Shown piece by piece: positions 8,890-17,810 of a stretch of DNA of 24,000 bases. Source of the DNA: Bacillus mycoides (GTDB taxonomy: Bacteria > Bacillota > Bacilli > Bacillales > Bacillaceae_G); contig NZ_LXLV01000052.1 in assembly GCF_001757995.1 (NCBI RefSeq), forward strand, positions 26,424 to 50,423, given 5' to 3'. Below the pieces are notes generated by a model. It was not told the DNA's origin, did no database searches, and saw only the letters and a program-made list of their open reading frames with translations. Positions within the stretch are counted from its first letter, which is position 1; each line of letters begins with the position of its first letter. Both the position numbers and the translations under genes were made by a program.

Positions 8890-8980
8890 TTTATCCCGCT
8901 ATTTGTGGGAGCCCTGCTGCCCGTAAACACCCGATTGGTGAAGGCTAATAATCAGTGGTGGATGAACAAAACCCCCACTA
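8890..8980 (+). repeat. MITE-like structured interspersed repeat, copy A (right end truncated or diverged)
   Basis: It begins TTTAT|CCCGCTATTTGTGGG and aligns by eye to 23784-23871. About 63 of 74 aligned nt match, plus an 11-nt insertion. It shares the internal block CCCGATTGGTG...ATAATCAG.GG.GGATGAACAAAAC.CCCACT. Confidence 0.6.
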
Positions 8981-9943
8981 TCACCCATACAAAATCGCAT
9001 GAAATACACCTAACAGTAAGTATTGATCCTGTATATAATCATCATCGTATACATTCATCTCGATGTAATACATATCTTCCTCAAGACGAATATTCCAATC
9101 TGCGATTACATAGCCCTTTCGTAATAACTTTCCAATCCCAATTGAATTTTTGTGAACAACATATTCTTCTGTCTTATATGTAAAGGTAAATAAGAAATTT
9201 GCATCCAATAACTTTCCGTCACATACAATTATTTCTTGCTCTACTTCATCATTATCAATGTACGTTACTAAAATCTTTCTTTGGCGCCGCCTACTTACAT
9301 CCTTTGCGATGATGCGAATATTGTCCTTACTATCCTTTATTTCGTAATTGATATTACTACCAACTTTCGGAATGAAGTCTAGCACTTTCATCAACGTATT
9401 TTTATAATAGCCCCGTACTACGCCTTCTTGTTTACTTCCATTGTAAACCTCTATCGGCTTCATGTCCGCTTTACTATCACACAGTCGTTTGTAAGAAAGC
9501 TGCATCATTCGCTCTCCTCTTAAGTACTGATCAAACGTCACAGGATATTCTATCGCGCGCAGTTCCTTATTTAGCTCATATAAATAGCGTTGAACGCTCT
9601 CTACTAATGTTGTAGTAGATATACGCTCTTGAAGTTCAAATTCTTGCCAACCGGAAGAAACCCTCCACTGATTGTCCTCTTCATAGGAGAAACCAAGAAT
9701 AACCTCATCACGGTCAACTGTTTCATAATTCATCTGTACGTTCTGCCCGTGTTGAACTTGTTCCATCCACTGTCCTAAATAAATGCCCAGCTCTGCGACC
9801 TTCATGCATGACTTCTGAAAAAGTACTCTTTCACCCACACAAATCGTTAAATCCCCTTCGATAAAGCCATTTGCATAAGCAACATACCGTGGCTCATCCT
9901 TCTGTGGAATAGCCTTGTCTAACTCAAATAAAAACGTTAACAT
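8981..9943 (-). CDS. hypothetical two-module protein (320 aa); the C-terminal ~175 aa resemble the small Bacillus tubby-C-terminal-like (YxjI-like) paralog family
   Basis: The ORF has a GAGGTGA SD upstream of the ATG at 9943. An internal AGAGGAGAG SD plus ATGATG sits at 9503-9520. The family call rests only on remembered sequence patterns (YYKN..., YK.EEY..., YLLLG.FH...). Confidence 0.7.
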   Translation of the reverse strand: MLTFLFELDKAIPQKDEPRYVAYANGFIEGDLTICVGERVLFQKSCMKVAELGIYLGQWMEQVQHGQNVQMNYETVDRDEVILGFSYEEDNQWRVSSGWQEFELQERISTTTLVESVQRYLYELNKELRAIEYPVTFDQYLRGERMMQLSYKRLCDSKADMKPIEVYNGSKQEGVVRGYYKNTLMKVLDFIPKVGSNINYEIKDSKDNIRIIAKDVSRRRQRKILVTYIDNDEVEQEIIVCDGKLLDANFLFTFTYKTEEYVVHKNSIGIGKLLRKGYVIADWNIRLEEDMYYIEMNVYDDDYIQDQYLLLGVFHAILYG

Positions 9944-10106
9944 CCTTCACTCACCTCTAGTTGTTACACAGCTCATACATGACATCGCATCACTCTGAGA
10001 AACTATGTATATACACATATTTAATTAACGCCTTATAACACTTGAATGACATTAGTATAGTAGCGCTATTTTTTCTTCGCGAACTCCCTCAAAACAGTAT
10101 ACTCTC

Positions 10107-10207
10107 AATATATCGACCACAACTCAAGATATATCAGCGATTTCCCTAATATATCGACCATAACTCAAATTATATCAGCGATTTTTTCAATATATCGATT
10201 TACCGAC
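10107..10207. repeat. 41-bp tandem direct repeat, about 2.3 copies
   Basis: Unit 1 (10107-10147) and unit 2 (10148-10188) are identical at 34/41 positions. A third unit keeps only AATATATCGA. Each unit carries the sub-motifs ATATATCGACC and ATATCAGCGATTT. Confidence 0.85.
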
Positions 10208-10229
10208 ACCGATCGACAATATGGAAATC

Positions 10230-10934
10230 TTATGAGAAGGAAACTACTTTTCCTTCTACAATTTCCATAATACGAAGCAGACTCTCCACTTCATAAGTCG
10301 GCTTAACGCTTGTCGTATTTTCTTTCAAACTCGGGTTATACCAACACGTATCAATACCGTAATCTTCTCCGCCTTTCATATCAGAAGTTAAGGAATCTCC
10401 AACCATTAGTACGCTTGATTTATCCGTAATCCCAAGCTTTTCAAATGCATAATCAAAAATCTCACGTGCTGGTTTCTGATGACCCACTTCTTCAGAAATA
10501 ATAATATGTTCAAAGAAGTTTCGTAAAGGTGAATTTCCAATTCTCGATTGTTGTACCTTAGTGTATCCATTCGTAATTATACCTAACTTGCAATCTTGAA
10601 GACCCTCACATAATTGCACTGCACCTTCTATAAGGTGTACTTCTTTCCCTAAGTTTGCAAGGTATACGTCACTAAATTGCTGCGCGTCTACTTCTATATT
10701 ATGAAGAGCAAATAATTGTCTAAATCGATCTACCGCTAATTCACTTAGCGTAATCATTTTATTTTCTAAATCTCTCCATAATCCATTACTAATCTCTTTA
10801 TAACTTGCAAGATAATCATTATACCCTGTAGGCATGCCAAACTGTACAAACGCATTATGTAATGCGTTTCTTTCCGTTTCAGGGAAATCTAATAATGTAT
10901 CGTCTACGTCAAATAGTATTACTTTGTATTTCAT
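10230..10934 (-). CDS. HAD-IA hydrolase, YjjG-like pyrimidine 5'-nucleotidase
   Basis: GAGGAGAG SD. HAD motif I is LFDVDDTLLDF, followed by the later ITNG and VGDSLTSDMKGG motifs. Confidence 0.88.
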   Translation of the reverse strand: MKYKVILFDVDDTLLDFPETERNALHNAFVQFGMPTGYNDYLASYKEISNGLWRDLENKMITLSELAVDRFRQLFALHNIEVDAQQFSDVYLANLGKEVHLIEGAVQLCEGLQDCKLGIITNGYTKVQQSRIGNSPLRNFFEHIIISEEVGHQKPAREIFDYAFEKLGITDKSSVLMVGDSLTSDMKGGEDYGIDTCWYNPSLKENTTSVKPTYEVESLLRIMEIVEGKVVSFS

Positions 10935-10983
10935 GATGCTCTCCTCAATTCCTATATTCTCATAGCTTAATTATAGCAACAAT

Positions 10984-11015
10984 AAGAAAAGGAGGCTAAT
11001 CCAAATCAGCCTCCC
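10984..11015 (-). terminator. intrinsic terminator of the phosphatase gene
   Basis: GGAGGCT (10991-10997) pairs with AGCCTCC (11008-11014). On the minus strand it is followed by TTTTCTT. Confidence 0.7.
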
Positions 11016-11021
11016 TTCTCA

Positions 11022-12044
11022 TTATTTATCTTCTAACAATAACACTTTCATTCCCTCTAACGATTCTTTCGTAAAACCAAGAGCTTGTTCAGCGTACGCT
11101 TCCACTGATCCGTATTGCTTTTTAATTTCACCAATCGCAGCTTGTAAATACTCAGCACGAGCTTCAAACATCGCACCTAATATCGCTCTACTTTCATCGT
11201 TTTGTAATTTTGCACCTAAAAATGCCATCATTTTTTCGTTTAACTTCTCACGGAAACCGTTACTTAGTAAGTAGTCTTCCATTACTGTTTTTTCTGGCAC
11301 ACCTAGTAAAAGTAATAATAACGCTGACCCAAATCCAGTACGGTCTTTTCCAGCTGTACAGTGGTTTACTAATGGTAAGTTTTCTGGATTTTGCGCGAGT
11401 TGTAAGAAACTCACGAACGCCTCATTACCACTTACGAAATCTTGATTCATTTTCACAAGATATTCGCCCGGTTTCCCTAATACTGATAAATCACCAACTT
11501 GGAAAAATTCATTTATGTTCAAGTCTTTCGCCAAGTCTTGCATAACTGGTAAGCATACTTGACGAGCACCTGTAATGCCTGGATTCGGCTTATGCTTTAC
11601 TTCAAAATCTGTACGGTAATCACAAATTAACTTTAAGCCCGCCTTCTGTAAATACTCAATATCCCATTCTGTTAATCCTGCTAATTCTTCAGAACGATAC
11701 AATTTACCCCATTTTACTTTACGGCCTTCAGTCGTTTCATATCCTCCCATATCACGGAAGTTAAACGCACCTTGTAATGGCAATCTGCGCTCCGCGACTG
11801 TAACTGCTTGTCCATTACTTCCTACTAACCTAAAATAGGGACGCTCATTTTCACTCGGATTTGCAATTGTAGTAAATGACTCTCCATTTACCGTCACAAG
11901 TAATTCACCATTTTCTTCAATATGATCTGGTGAAGTACTCCAATAAATTTTAACTTCTTCTATATTATTTTCCCACTCTATATGTAACGTGTTATCTTCA
12001 TTTCGTTCTACAGTTGCTTGTAACCAATTTATTTGTTGCTTCAT
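11022..12044 (-). CDS. protein tyrosine/serine phosphatase (CX5R type) with an extra ~90-aa N-terminal domain
   Basis: The active-site loop is HCTAGKDRTG, preceded by NFRDMGG. GGTGA SD. A TATAAT box lies about 45 nt upstream on the minus strand. Confidence 0.85.
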   Translation of the reverse strand: MKQQINWLQATVERNEDNTLHIEWENNIEEVKIYWSTSPDHIEENGELLVTVNGESFTTIANPSENERPYFRLVGSNGQAVTVAERRLPLQGAFNFRDMGGYETTEGRKVKWGKLYRSEELAGLTEWDIEYLQKAGLKLICDYRTDFEVKHKPNPGITGARQVCLPVMQDLAKDLNINEFFQVGDLSVLGKPGEYLVKMNQDFVSGNEAFVSFLQLAQNPENLPLVNHCTAGKDRTGFGSALLLLLLGVPEKTVMEDYLLSNGFREKLNEKMMAFLGAKLQNDESRAILGAMFEARAEYLQAAIGEIKKQYGSVEAYAEQALGFTKESLEGMKVLLLEDK

Positions 12045-12224
12045 ACTTTCACCAACGCCTTCTTCGTATAGTCTAATCCTTCTCTATTGTATTATAGGAA
12101 AGCTTACTTTGTCGTTTCGATTTTTCTTTTTATCTTACAAACATGCAAAAAGTTCTTTTACTTGTTCATAAGTTGTACACGTATTCCCGCTAAATGAGTT
12201 CGCGAGGCTACATCATTCATCCTT

Positions 12225-12947
12225 CTAAACCCTTTTCACATATCGCTCCGTACAACTCAGCTGCTGACATCCATTCTTTTCAAAAACATCCTTCATCCAC
12301 TCATCTTGTGCATTTGCTTCACCAATATAATAAGTAGCTCCTATTTCTTTTAATACAAACATGGTTTTTGTAAATAAGTCAGATTCATATCCTTTATTTC
12401 GCATACTCTGAGCGACTGCGAAATACATTAGTTTCCCTTCTTCTAATGTCCCCCGTTCAATATGAGGAACTACCATTCCTATTGGCTTTTCATTCAAGAT
12501 TACTGTTAAACAATGTTCTTTCCATTGCCCACCAATTTCTTGTTCCATCATATTTACAAATTGATCATAAGCTATTTCTTCTTCCATCAGCTCATTCCAA
12601 AGAGAATAAAAAGCGTCTTCTCCGACCTCTTCAATAAGCTTAAAATCAATATCACTTTCTATATCTTCCACTTCAAATATATCTTTAAATACTATTATAT
12701 TTTCAGCAATATGTTCAAATGAATACTTTCCAAAGCATTTCTTATATACATCATAATTGGGACTTTTCGAAGAAACTTCAAATTGTAGATTTTCTAATCC
12801 ACCTTTTTTCGCCTCAGTAACAAAATATTGCACCATTTCTTCAATTTGCTCTTCTGTAAAAACTGCCGCATTATTTTCTTTTATCGTTATAGTAGAAACT
12901 TCTCTTCTTATTTTAAAGTTTTTTTCTAATTGTTTTATAATCGTCAT
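12225..12947 (-). CDS. GNAT-type N-acetyltransferase with an uncharacterised N-terminal half
   Basis: GAGGGAAGAG SD. The C-terminal part has a GNAT-like core (YFAVAQSMRNKGYESDLF...). The N-terminal ~110 aa show no motif I recognise. Confidence 0.65.
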   Translation of the reverse strand: MTIIKQLEKNFKIRREVSTITIKENNAAVFTEEQIEEMVQYFVTEAKKGGLENLQFEVSSKSPNYDVYKKCFGKYSFEHIAENIIVFKDIFEVEDIESDIDFKLIEEVGEDAFYSLWNELMEEEIAYDQFVNMMEQEIGGQWKEHCLTVILNEKPIGMVVPHIERGTLEEGKLMYFAVAQSMRNKGYESDLFTKTMFVLKEIGATYYIGEANAQDEWMKDVFEKNGCQQLSCTERYVKRV

Positions 12948-13070
12948 ACTCTTCCCTCATCTATGTAATACTTGAATTTAACTTTCTTCTCCTTGCATGA
13001 GCAGGATTGTCCTTGAATATATAGAATACAAGAAAAGATCGCATCTTTAAAGTGCGGAGGAGGTTCTCCA

Positions 13071-13910
13071 TTGGATATTACAGCGCTGCAACAACAGTTA
13101 GAGCTTATACAACAAAATGATTATTCGCAAATGCAACATATAGATATAAATGAGCTAACAACGAATATGCTTAAGCACATTGGAACTACTGACAGTTACA
13201 TTCGCTATCAGCTGATTTATAATTGTTTTTCTCACTTTATTCAATATGAGCTTCTACTCGATGATCAACTTAAATTACTTTTACATACTTGTTTAAGCGA
13301 TGAATACTTATATTTTGATATTAATTCCCCATATACAGATGGGGTTTTCACACGCTCTTATACTGTTTCATTAATTGCTTTAATTCTCCAATTTTCCAAC
13401 TCTCACTACTTTCTAACTGAGGAGGATATTACAGAAATAAAACAAAAGCTCATAACATATACAAATTTAGAGACTGATTTCCGCGGATATATTGAGGATA
13501 AAGGCTGGGCTCATTGTATTGCACACGTTTCTGATGCATTTAATGAAATTGTCCAAAATTCCTATATTACCTTTGAATGCTATGAAGAAATGACACATTG
13601 TTTATTAAATAAAATCTTCACTTCAGCAGATATTTATCATAATAATGAAGATGAAAGAGTTGTTACTCCTTTAGTATCAATGGTATATCATGACTTTGCA
13701 CAAGAAGATTTGATTTCAATTATTCATAAGAAATTACAGAGACTTCCTCAAATTAGAAAACGCCTTTCTCTCAATGAATATTGCATTTTATGCGCCAACA
13801 TTAAAACATTTTTACGTACATTATTCTTTAGAACAAAAAATGATCACAACTTAGCTTTTACCGCACATAAGACGGAAAAAATGTTAAAAGAACTGCCCAA
13901 CTATTATTAA
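13071..13910 (+). CDS. hypothetical helical protein, DUF2785-like
   Basis: TTG start 7 nt after a GGAGGAGG SD. The GWAHCIAHVSDAF segment recalls DUF2785 proteins. This assignment is from memory only. Confidence 0.65.
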   Translation: MDITALQQQLELIQQNDYSQMQHIDINELTTNMLKHIGTTDSYIRYQLIYNCFSHFIQYELLLDDQLKLLLHTCLSDEYLYFDINSPYTDGVFTRSYTVSLIALILQFSNSHYFLTEEDITEIKQKLITYTNLETDFRGYIEDKGWAHCIAHVSDAFNEIVQNSYITFECYEEMTHCLLNKIFTSADIYHNNEDERVVTPLVSMVYHDFAQEDLISIIHKKLQRLPQIRKRLSLNEYCILCANIKTFLRTLFFRTKNDHNLAFTAHKTEKMLKELPNYY

Positions 13911-13927
13911 GTACAAGGAGAAAAAAT

Positions 13928-14377
13928 ATGGGTTATATTGAAGACATGAGACAACGAGTAGGAAATCATCCACTCATTTTAATAGGGTCACACGCCATTA
14001 TATTAAATGAAAATAATGAAATATTACTGCAGCTCCGTACAGATTTTAACCGCTGGGGTATTGTCGGTGGCGCATTAGAATATAACGAAACACTGGAAGA
14101 CGCTTTAAAACGCGAAGTATTTGAAGAAACTGGACTTACCGTAAAAAATGTAGAACTGTTCCGTACATACTCAGGACCAGATTTCTATCAAATCTATCCA
14201 AACGGCGATCAAGTTCATGGTGTACTTGTTATTTATATTTGCCGTGAATTTCAAGGTGAGCTTGTATGCGATCAAACTGAATCAAAAGAATTACGCTTCT
14301 TTCCGCTTGATGAGTTGCCTAGCAATCTTCCTCCTGTTATTGAGAGAATTATTAAGGAATTTCAGCACTCCCATTAA
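13928..14377 (+). CDS. NUDIX hydrolase
   Basis: AAGGAG SD. The Nudix box is GGALEYNETLEDALKREVFEETGL. The gene starts 17 nt after the upstream gene. Confidence 0.9.
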   Translation: MGYIEDMRQRVGNHPLILIGSHAIILNENNEILLQLRTDFNRWGIVGGALEYNETLEDALKREVFEETGLTVKNVELFRTYSGPDFYQIYPNGDQVHGVLVIYICREFQGELVCDQTESKELRFFPLDELPSNLPPVIERIIKEFQHSH

Positions 14378-14387
14378 TACATTAAAG

Positions 14388-14422
14388 ATAGTCAAGATAG
14401 AACCTATCTTGACTATACTTTT
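14388..14422 (+). terminator. intrinsic terminator after the Nudix gene
   Basis: A perfect 13-bp stem pairs 14388-14400 with 14404-14416 around an AAC loop, followed by ACTTTT. Confidence 0.65.
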
Positions 14423-14463
14423 CTAGAAATAATGGTTCTTTCTTTCATTTTAAATAGTAATAT

Positions 14464-14506
14464 AAAAACCTCATTTCCCGTCATTATAACGCGAAATGAG
14501 GTTTTT
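14464..14506. terminator. bidirectional terminator
   Basis: AACCTCATTTC (14467-14477) pairs with GAAATGAGGTT (14493-14503). It is flanked by an A-run and a T-run. Confidence 0.65.
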
Positions 14507-14574
14507 ATCGTTCACCGTAAATCCGTATTGTCCCCATAATAGATACTTTATTAAATATTTTTTCTGTAACAATA

Positions 14575-14850
14575 TTATTCCTTAAATAAACGATATTCGT
14601 GTTCTCTTTCTACAACTTTATATCCCTTTACAAAAAGTATAGTTATATAAGAAACAATAAATGAAAAAATAGTATACATGCCCACCCAAAAGAAAAATTC
14701 TGGATCATACACTGTAACATTTAATATAAGAAAAACTACAAATGTTACAATTGGCATCATATAAAATGTACTCACTCTATATGTCACAGCAATTGAAAGC
14801 ATACAAATAAGTAATGGATACATACATAAAATAAAAATGAATTCACTCAC
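14575..14850 (-). CDS. small hydrophobic membrane protein (91 aa)
   Basis: The GTG at 14850 lies 8 nt after a GGGGGA SD. There are three TM-like segments. The ORF-track TTG start at 14937 has no SD. Confidence 0.55.
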   Translation of the reverse strand: MSEFIFILCMYPLLICMLSIAVTYRVSTFYMMPIVTFVVFLILNVTVYDPEFFFWVGMYTIFSFIVSYITILFVKGYKVVEREHEYRLFKE

Positions 14851-14955
14851 GTTTTTGTCCCCCTTTCTGAAGAAATAATAGATTTCTCGAAAACATTTTG
14901 GGGAACAACAAAGTTTTATATTTTTATCTTTCGTCAACTTTTAATACATATAATG

Positions 14956-15336
14956 TTAGATTGTTATCTCAATCTGATTTCCTTCCGGATCACTTACTAC
15001 ACTTTCATAATAGCCATCCCCTGTAGTACGCGGGCCGTTTAACACAGGGTATCCTGCTTCTCTTAACATATCAGTTAATTGGTTCACTTTTTCTTTACTA
15101 CCTACAGAAAAAGCAATATGCGCATATCCTATTGTTTGTGTTTGTATTTTATCGTCTATCCCTACTTGCTTCATAAGTTCTAGACGAGCGCCACCTTCAA
15201 AAGTTATAAAATAAGATTCAAACTGTTTTTCCGAGTTGCGATATAATCTATTCGCTTCACCATTGAAGTACTTTTTATAGAAATCACGCATGACTTCTAA
15301 ATCATTAACCCAAATAGCTACATGTTCAATTTTCAT
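14956..15336 (-). CDS. VOC family protein (glyoxalase/lactoylglutathione-lyase-like)
   Basis: The ATG at 15336 lies 6 nt after an AAGGTG SD. The start [14 protein letters not shown] and the C-terminal DPEGNQIEI are typical of VOC folds. Confidence 0.85.
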   Translation of the reverse strand: MKIEHVAIWVNDLEVMRDFYKKYFNGEANRLYRNSEKQFESYFITFEGGARLELMKQVGIDDKIQTQTIGYAHIAFSVGSKEKVNQLTDMLREAGYPVLNGPRTTGDGYYESVVSDPEGNQIEITI

Positions 15337-15397
15337 AACCGACACCTTTTCTTTTATGTTATACAATCAACAATTTGATGCTTAATTGCAAGTACAT

Positions 15398-16462
15398 TTA
15401 ATTGTCTTTATTTGTTTTAGTAATCATGAGATCAAGTCCAAGACTTTTTAATCCATGTAAATAATCTTCTTTCCAATCACTCACTGTTACTTTAGGAATA
15501 TGTTCCGCTGGAATGTACTTCGGACAAGTTTTTACAATTTGATCTATTACAAATTGGTTCACTTCATCATCACAGAAGATAAACGCATGAGGGTTAATAA
15601 TAGCTATAAATGCAGATATTAAACGGGTAATAGCATCTATATTGTATTTCTCTGGATTATTAGAATCTCTCACTTCATCTCCACTTCTCAAAGCTTGTAA
15701 GAAATTTTTATTATCATACTGCGGAACGAAAGATATCTCTCCTGAAAAAAATGTACTTCCTCGTACCACATCTCCATTTATCATAATACCTGCACCTGGA
15801 CCATTTTGACCTGAATACAAATATACAAGAGATGAATTATCATTATTTCCAGTGTTTTTATGATAGCCAAGGACTGCGGCATTCATATCGTTTTCTATTA
15901 CTACAGGTATAGAGAATAAATCCTCCAAATGACTTTTTAAATTAAAATTCTGAAACTTTTCATAACCAGGTATATAAAAAATACGACCATTATCAACCGA
16001 ACCGGGCACACCAATTGATATAGAGCTTATTTTCGGAAATGTAGCTATAAGACTTTCTATATGTTTAGATAATAGGTTTACGCCAGTATCAATTAATACA
16101 CTTGAAGTACTTCCTTGTTCTTTTACTTCCCCTAAACAGTTAAAAATTGTATAGTTCGTCTCATTTTTTTCTAAAAATATCGCTAAACCTAACATATATT
16201 CCGGATTATATGCATATCGTTTTGCTCTTCTTCCACCACTTGAATCATCTAGACCGACTAGAGTGATTTCACCGTCTTGTTTCATTTTTTCTATAAATTT
16301 ACTTACAGTTGGAAAACTGATTTCTAATTTATTGCTAAGTTCAACTTTCGTTGCACTACCTCGCTCTAAAAGAGCTGCACGAATACTACGAAATATAGTC
16401 TCTTTAATCGATTTTGGAGTAACAAATTGTTCACTCACATCGCTCACCGCCTTAATCAACAT
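15398..16462 (-). CDS. ROK family transcriptional regulator (degenerate sugar-kinase domain)
   Basis: There is an N-terminal winged HTH (ATKVELSNKLEISFPTVSKFIEKMKQDGEI) and a ROK-like body. The DxGGT ATP motif and the GH...CxCG zinc motif are absent; the sequence reads GEISFVPQYDNKNF instead. An alternative GTG start at 16438 follows AAGGCGGTGA. Confidence 0.8.
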   Translation of the reverse strand: MLIKAVSDVSEQFVTPKSIKETIFRSIRAALLERGSATKVELSNKLEISFPTVSKFIEKMKQDGEITLVGLDDSSGGRRAKRYAYNPEYMLGLAIFLEKNETNYTIFNCLGEVKEQGSTSSVLIDTGVNLLSKHIESLIATFPKISSISIGVPGSVDNGRIFYIPGYEKFQNFNLKSHLEDLFSIPVVIENDMNAAVLGYHKNTGNNDNSSLVYLYSGQNGPGAGIMINGDVVRGSTFFSGEISFVPQYDNKNFLQALRSGDEVRDSNNPEKYNIDAITRLISAFIAIINPHAFIFCDDEVNQFVIDQIVKTCPKYIPAEHIPKVTVSDWKEDYLHGLKSLGLDLMITKTNKDN

Positions 16463-16486
16463 GCTTATTAAACTCTTTTAATAAGT
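16463..16486. promoter_or_regulatory. palindromic operator candidate, copy 3 (CTTATTAAA-CTCT-TTTAATAAG)
   Basis: Perfect 9-bp arms lie at 16464-16472 and 16477-16485, immediately upstream of the ROK gene. A minus-strand TTGTCA (16492-16497) and TTTAAT within the right arm could be its -35 and -10. Confidence 0.6.
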
Positions 16487-16560
16487 TGCGTTGACAATAT
16501 ATCATACATCATTTTCTAAAGCAATAGAGATGATATATTTCCGCTCGATGCACTCCTTAT

Positions 16561-17754
16561 TTAGCTCCATTTATTCTCTCTCGTAACAGACGATACAATT
16601 CCAGACAAGAATACAAATAATAAAACAGCTAGCAAGGCATTGCGTATTCCGAAGACTTCCCCCAGTATACCTAAAAATGGTGGTCCGACTAAAAAGGCTG
16701 TATAACCGATTATAGAAACTGCAGCAACATTAGAAGTCGCATTTTCACGGTCATCTCCAGCAGCAGACAGACCAATTGGGAAACCTAGCGCTGCACCAAT
16801 CCCCCAAAGTATTACACCAAATGCCAGAAAATACGAGTTACTCCCAAATATTACGATTGAAATTCCTATGATAGCCATAATAATAGTAGCACGTACGACA
16901 ACGACACGACCGAAGTGATCAAGAAAATAACTACTACACATACGAGCTAATGTCATTGCCAATACAAAAATTGTGTACATAATAGAACCTGTCACTACAC
17001 TTTGCTCATGTCCATCTACCATCACAATAGGTAGCCAATCATTTGCACTTCCTTCTGCAAATGCCATCCCGAGTACAAAAACACCAATTAAAAGCACCTT
17101 CTTTTCCATACGTAAAGAAGTACGCTTCGCTCGCTTGTTGTTCCGCCTTTTCTCCTTCTTTCCTGTTCCATACGGAAGAAAACGATACACCATACATACA
17201 AGTAATACAAACACGACCGAAATCGCAAGAAACTGATACAAAATAGGAATATGAAACAAAGCTGCAACAGATCCGCTGAGCGCTCCTACTAAAGTTCCTA
17301 CACTAAAAAAACCGTGAAATTTCGGAAGAAGTGTTGTTCCTAATTTCTGCTCAATTGAAGAACCTTCTACATTCAATGAGACTTCCGCCAATCCATATCC
17401 TACTCCAAATACTATTAAACTACCAAAAGCCCCAATGCTAGAGACAAAATAAATATTAATACCTAAACAAAGCAATCCAACAATCATAAAAAACATACTG
17501 CCTATAATAACGTCTCTAGCTCCCTTACAGTCAATAAGATGACTTGCGCTCAGTAAACCAATTATTGAACCGACAGATAGTCCGAACAAAATCCAGCCCA
17601 TTTCTGCATTTGACACTGCTAAAATATCTCGCACCGCTGCTGTTCTTGAAATCCATGTAGCAAACGCGACACCTGGCAAAGCAAATAAGAGGAATAGAGC
17701 GTTTCGAGAGGCAAGTAATGTCTTTGTATGATTGTCCGCACTATATTTCTCCAT
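16561..17754 (-). CDS. MFS transporter
   Basis: The profile shows 12 TM-like segments with a central basic loop (GKKEKRRNNKRAKR). I prefer the ATG at 17754 (GAAAGGTG SD 6 nt upstream) over the GTG at 17763. Confidence 0.88.
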   Translation of the reverse strand: MEKYSADNHTKTLLASRNALFLLFALPGVAFATWISRTAAVRDILAVSNAEMGWILFGLSVGSIIGLLSASHLIDCKGARDVIIGSMFFMIVGLLCLGINIYFVSSIGAFGSLIVFGVGYGLAEVSLNVEGSSIEQKLGTTLLPKFHGFFSVGTLVGALSGSVAALFHIPILYQFLAISVVFVLLVCMVYRFLPYGTGKKEKRRNNKRAKRTSLRMEKKVLLIGVFVLGMAFAEGSANDWLPIVMVDGHEQSVVTGSIMYTIFVLAMTLARMCSSYFLDHFGRVVVVRATIIMAIIGISIVIFGSNSYFLAFGVILWGIGAALGFPIGLSAAGDDRENATSNVAAVSIIGYTAFLVGPPFLGILGEVFGIRNALLAVLLFVFLSGIVSSVTRENKWS

Positions 17755-17810
17755 ATGAAACACCTTTCAAATTGTCTATACGATAATTTACGAACTGGTG
17801 AAAACGCCCT

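Noticed and set aside
8905-9183. 92-aa plus-strand ORF
   Set aside because: It begins inside the MITE-like repeat and runs antisense to the 3' end of the 320-aa ORF. It has no SD.
10107-10207. Possible CRISPR array
   Set aside because: The units are directly adjacent with no unique spacers. Only about 2.3 copies are present and no cas genes are in the window.
11210-11545. 111-aa plus-strand ORF antisense to the phosphatase gene
   Set aside because: It lies entirely within a gene that has a clear CX5R active site on the other strand. It shows no start signals and no recognisable motifs.
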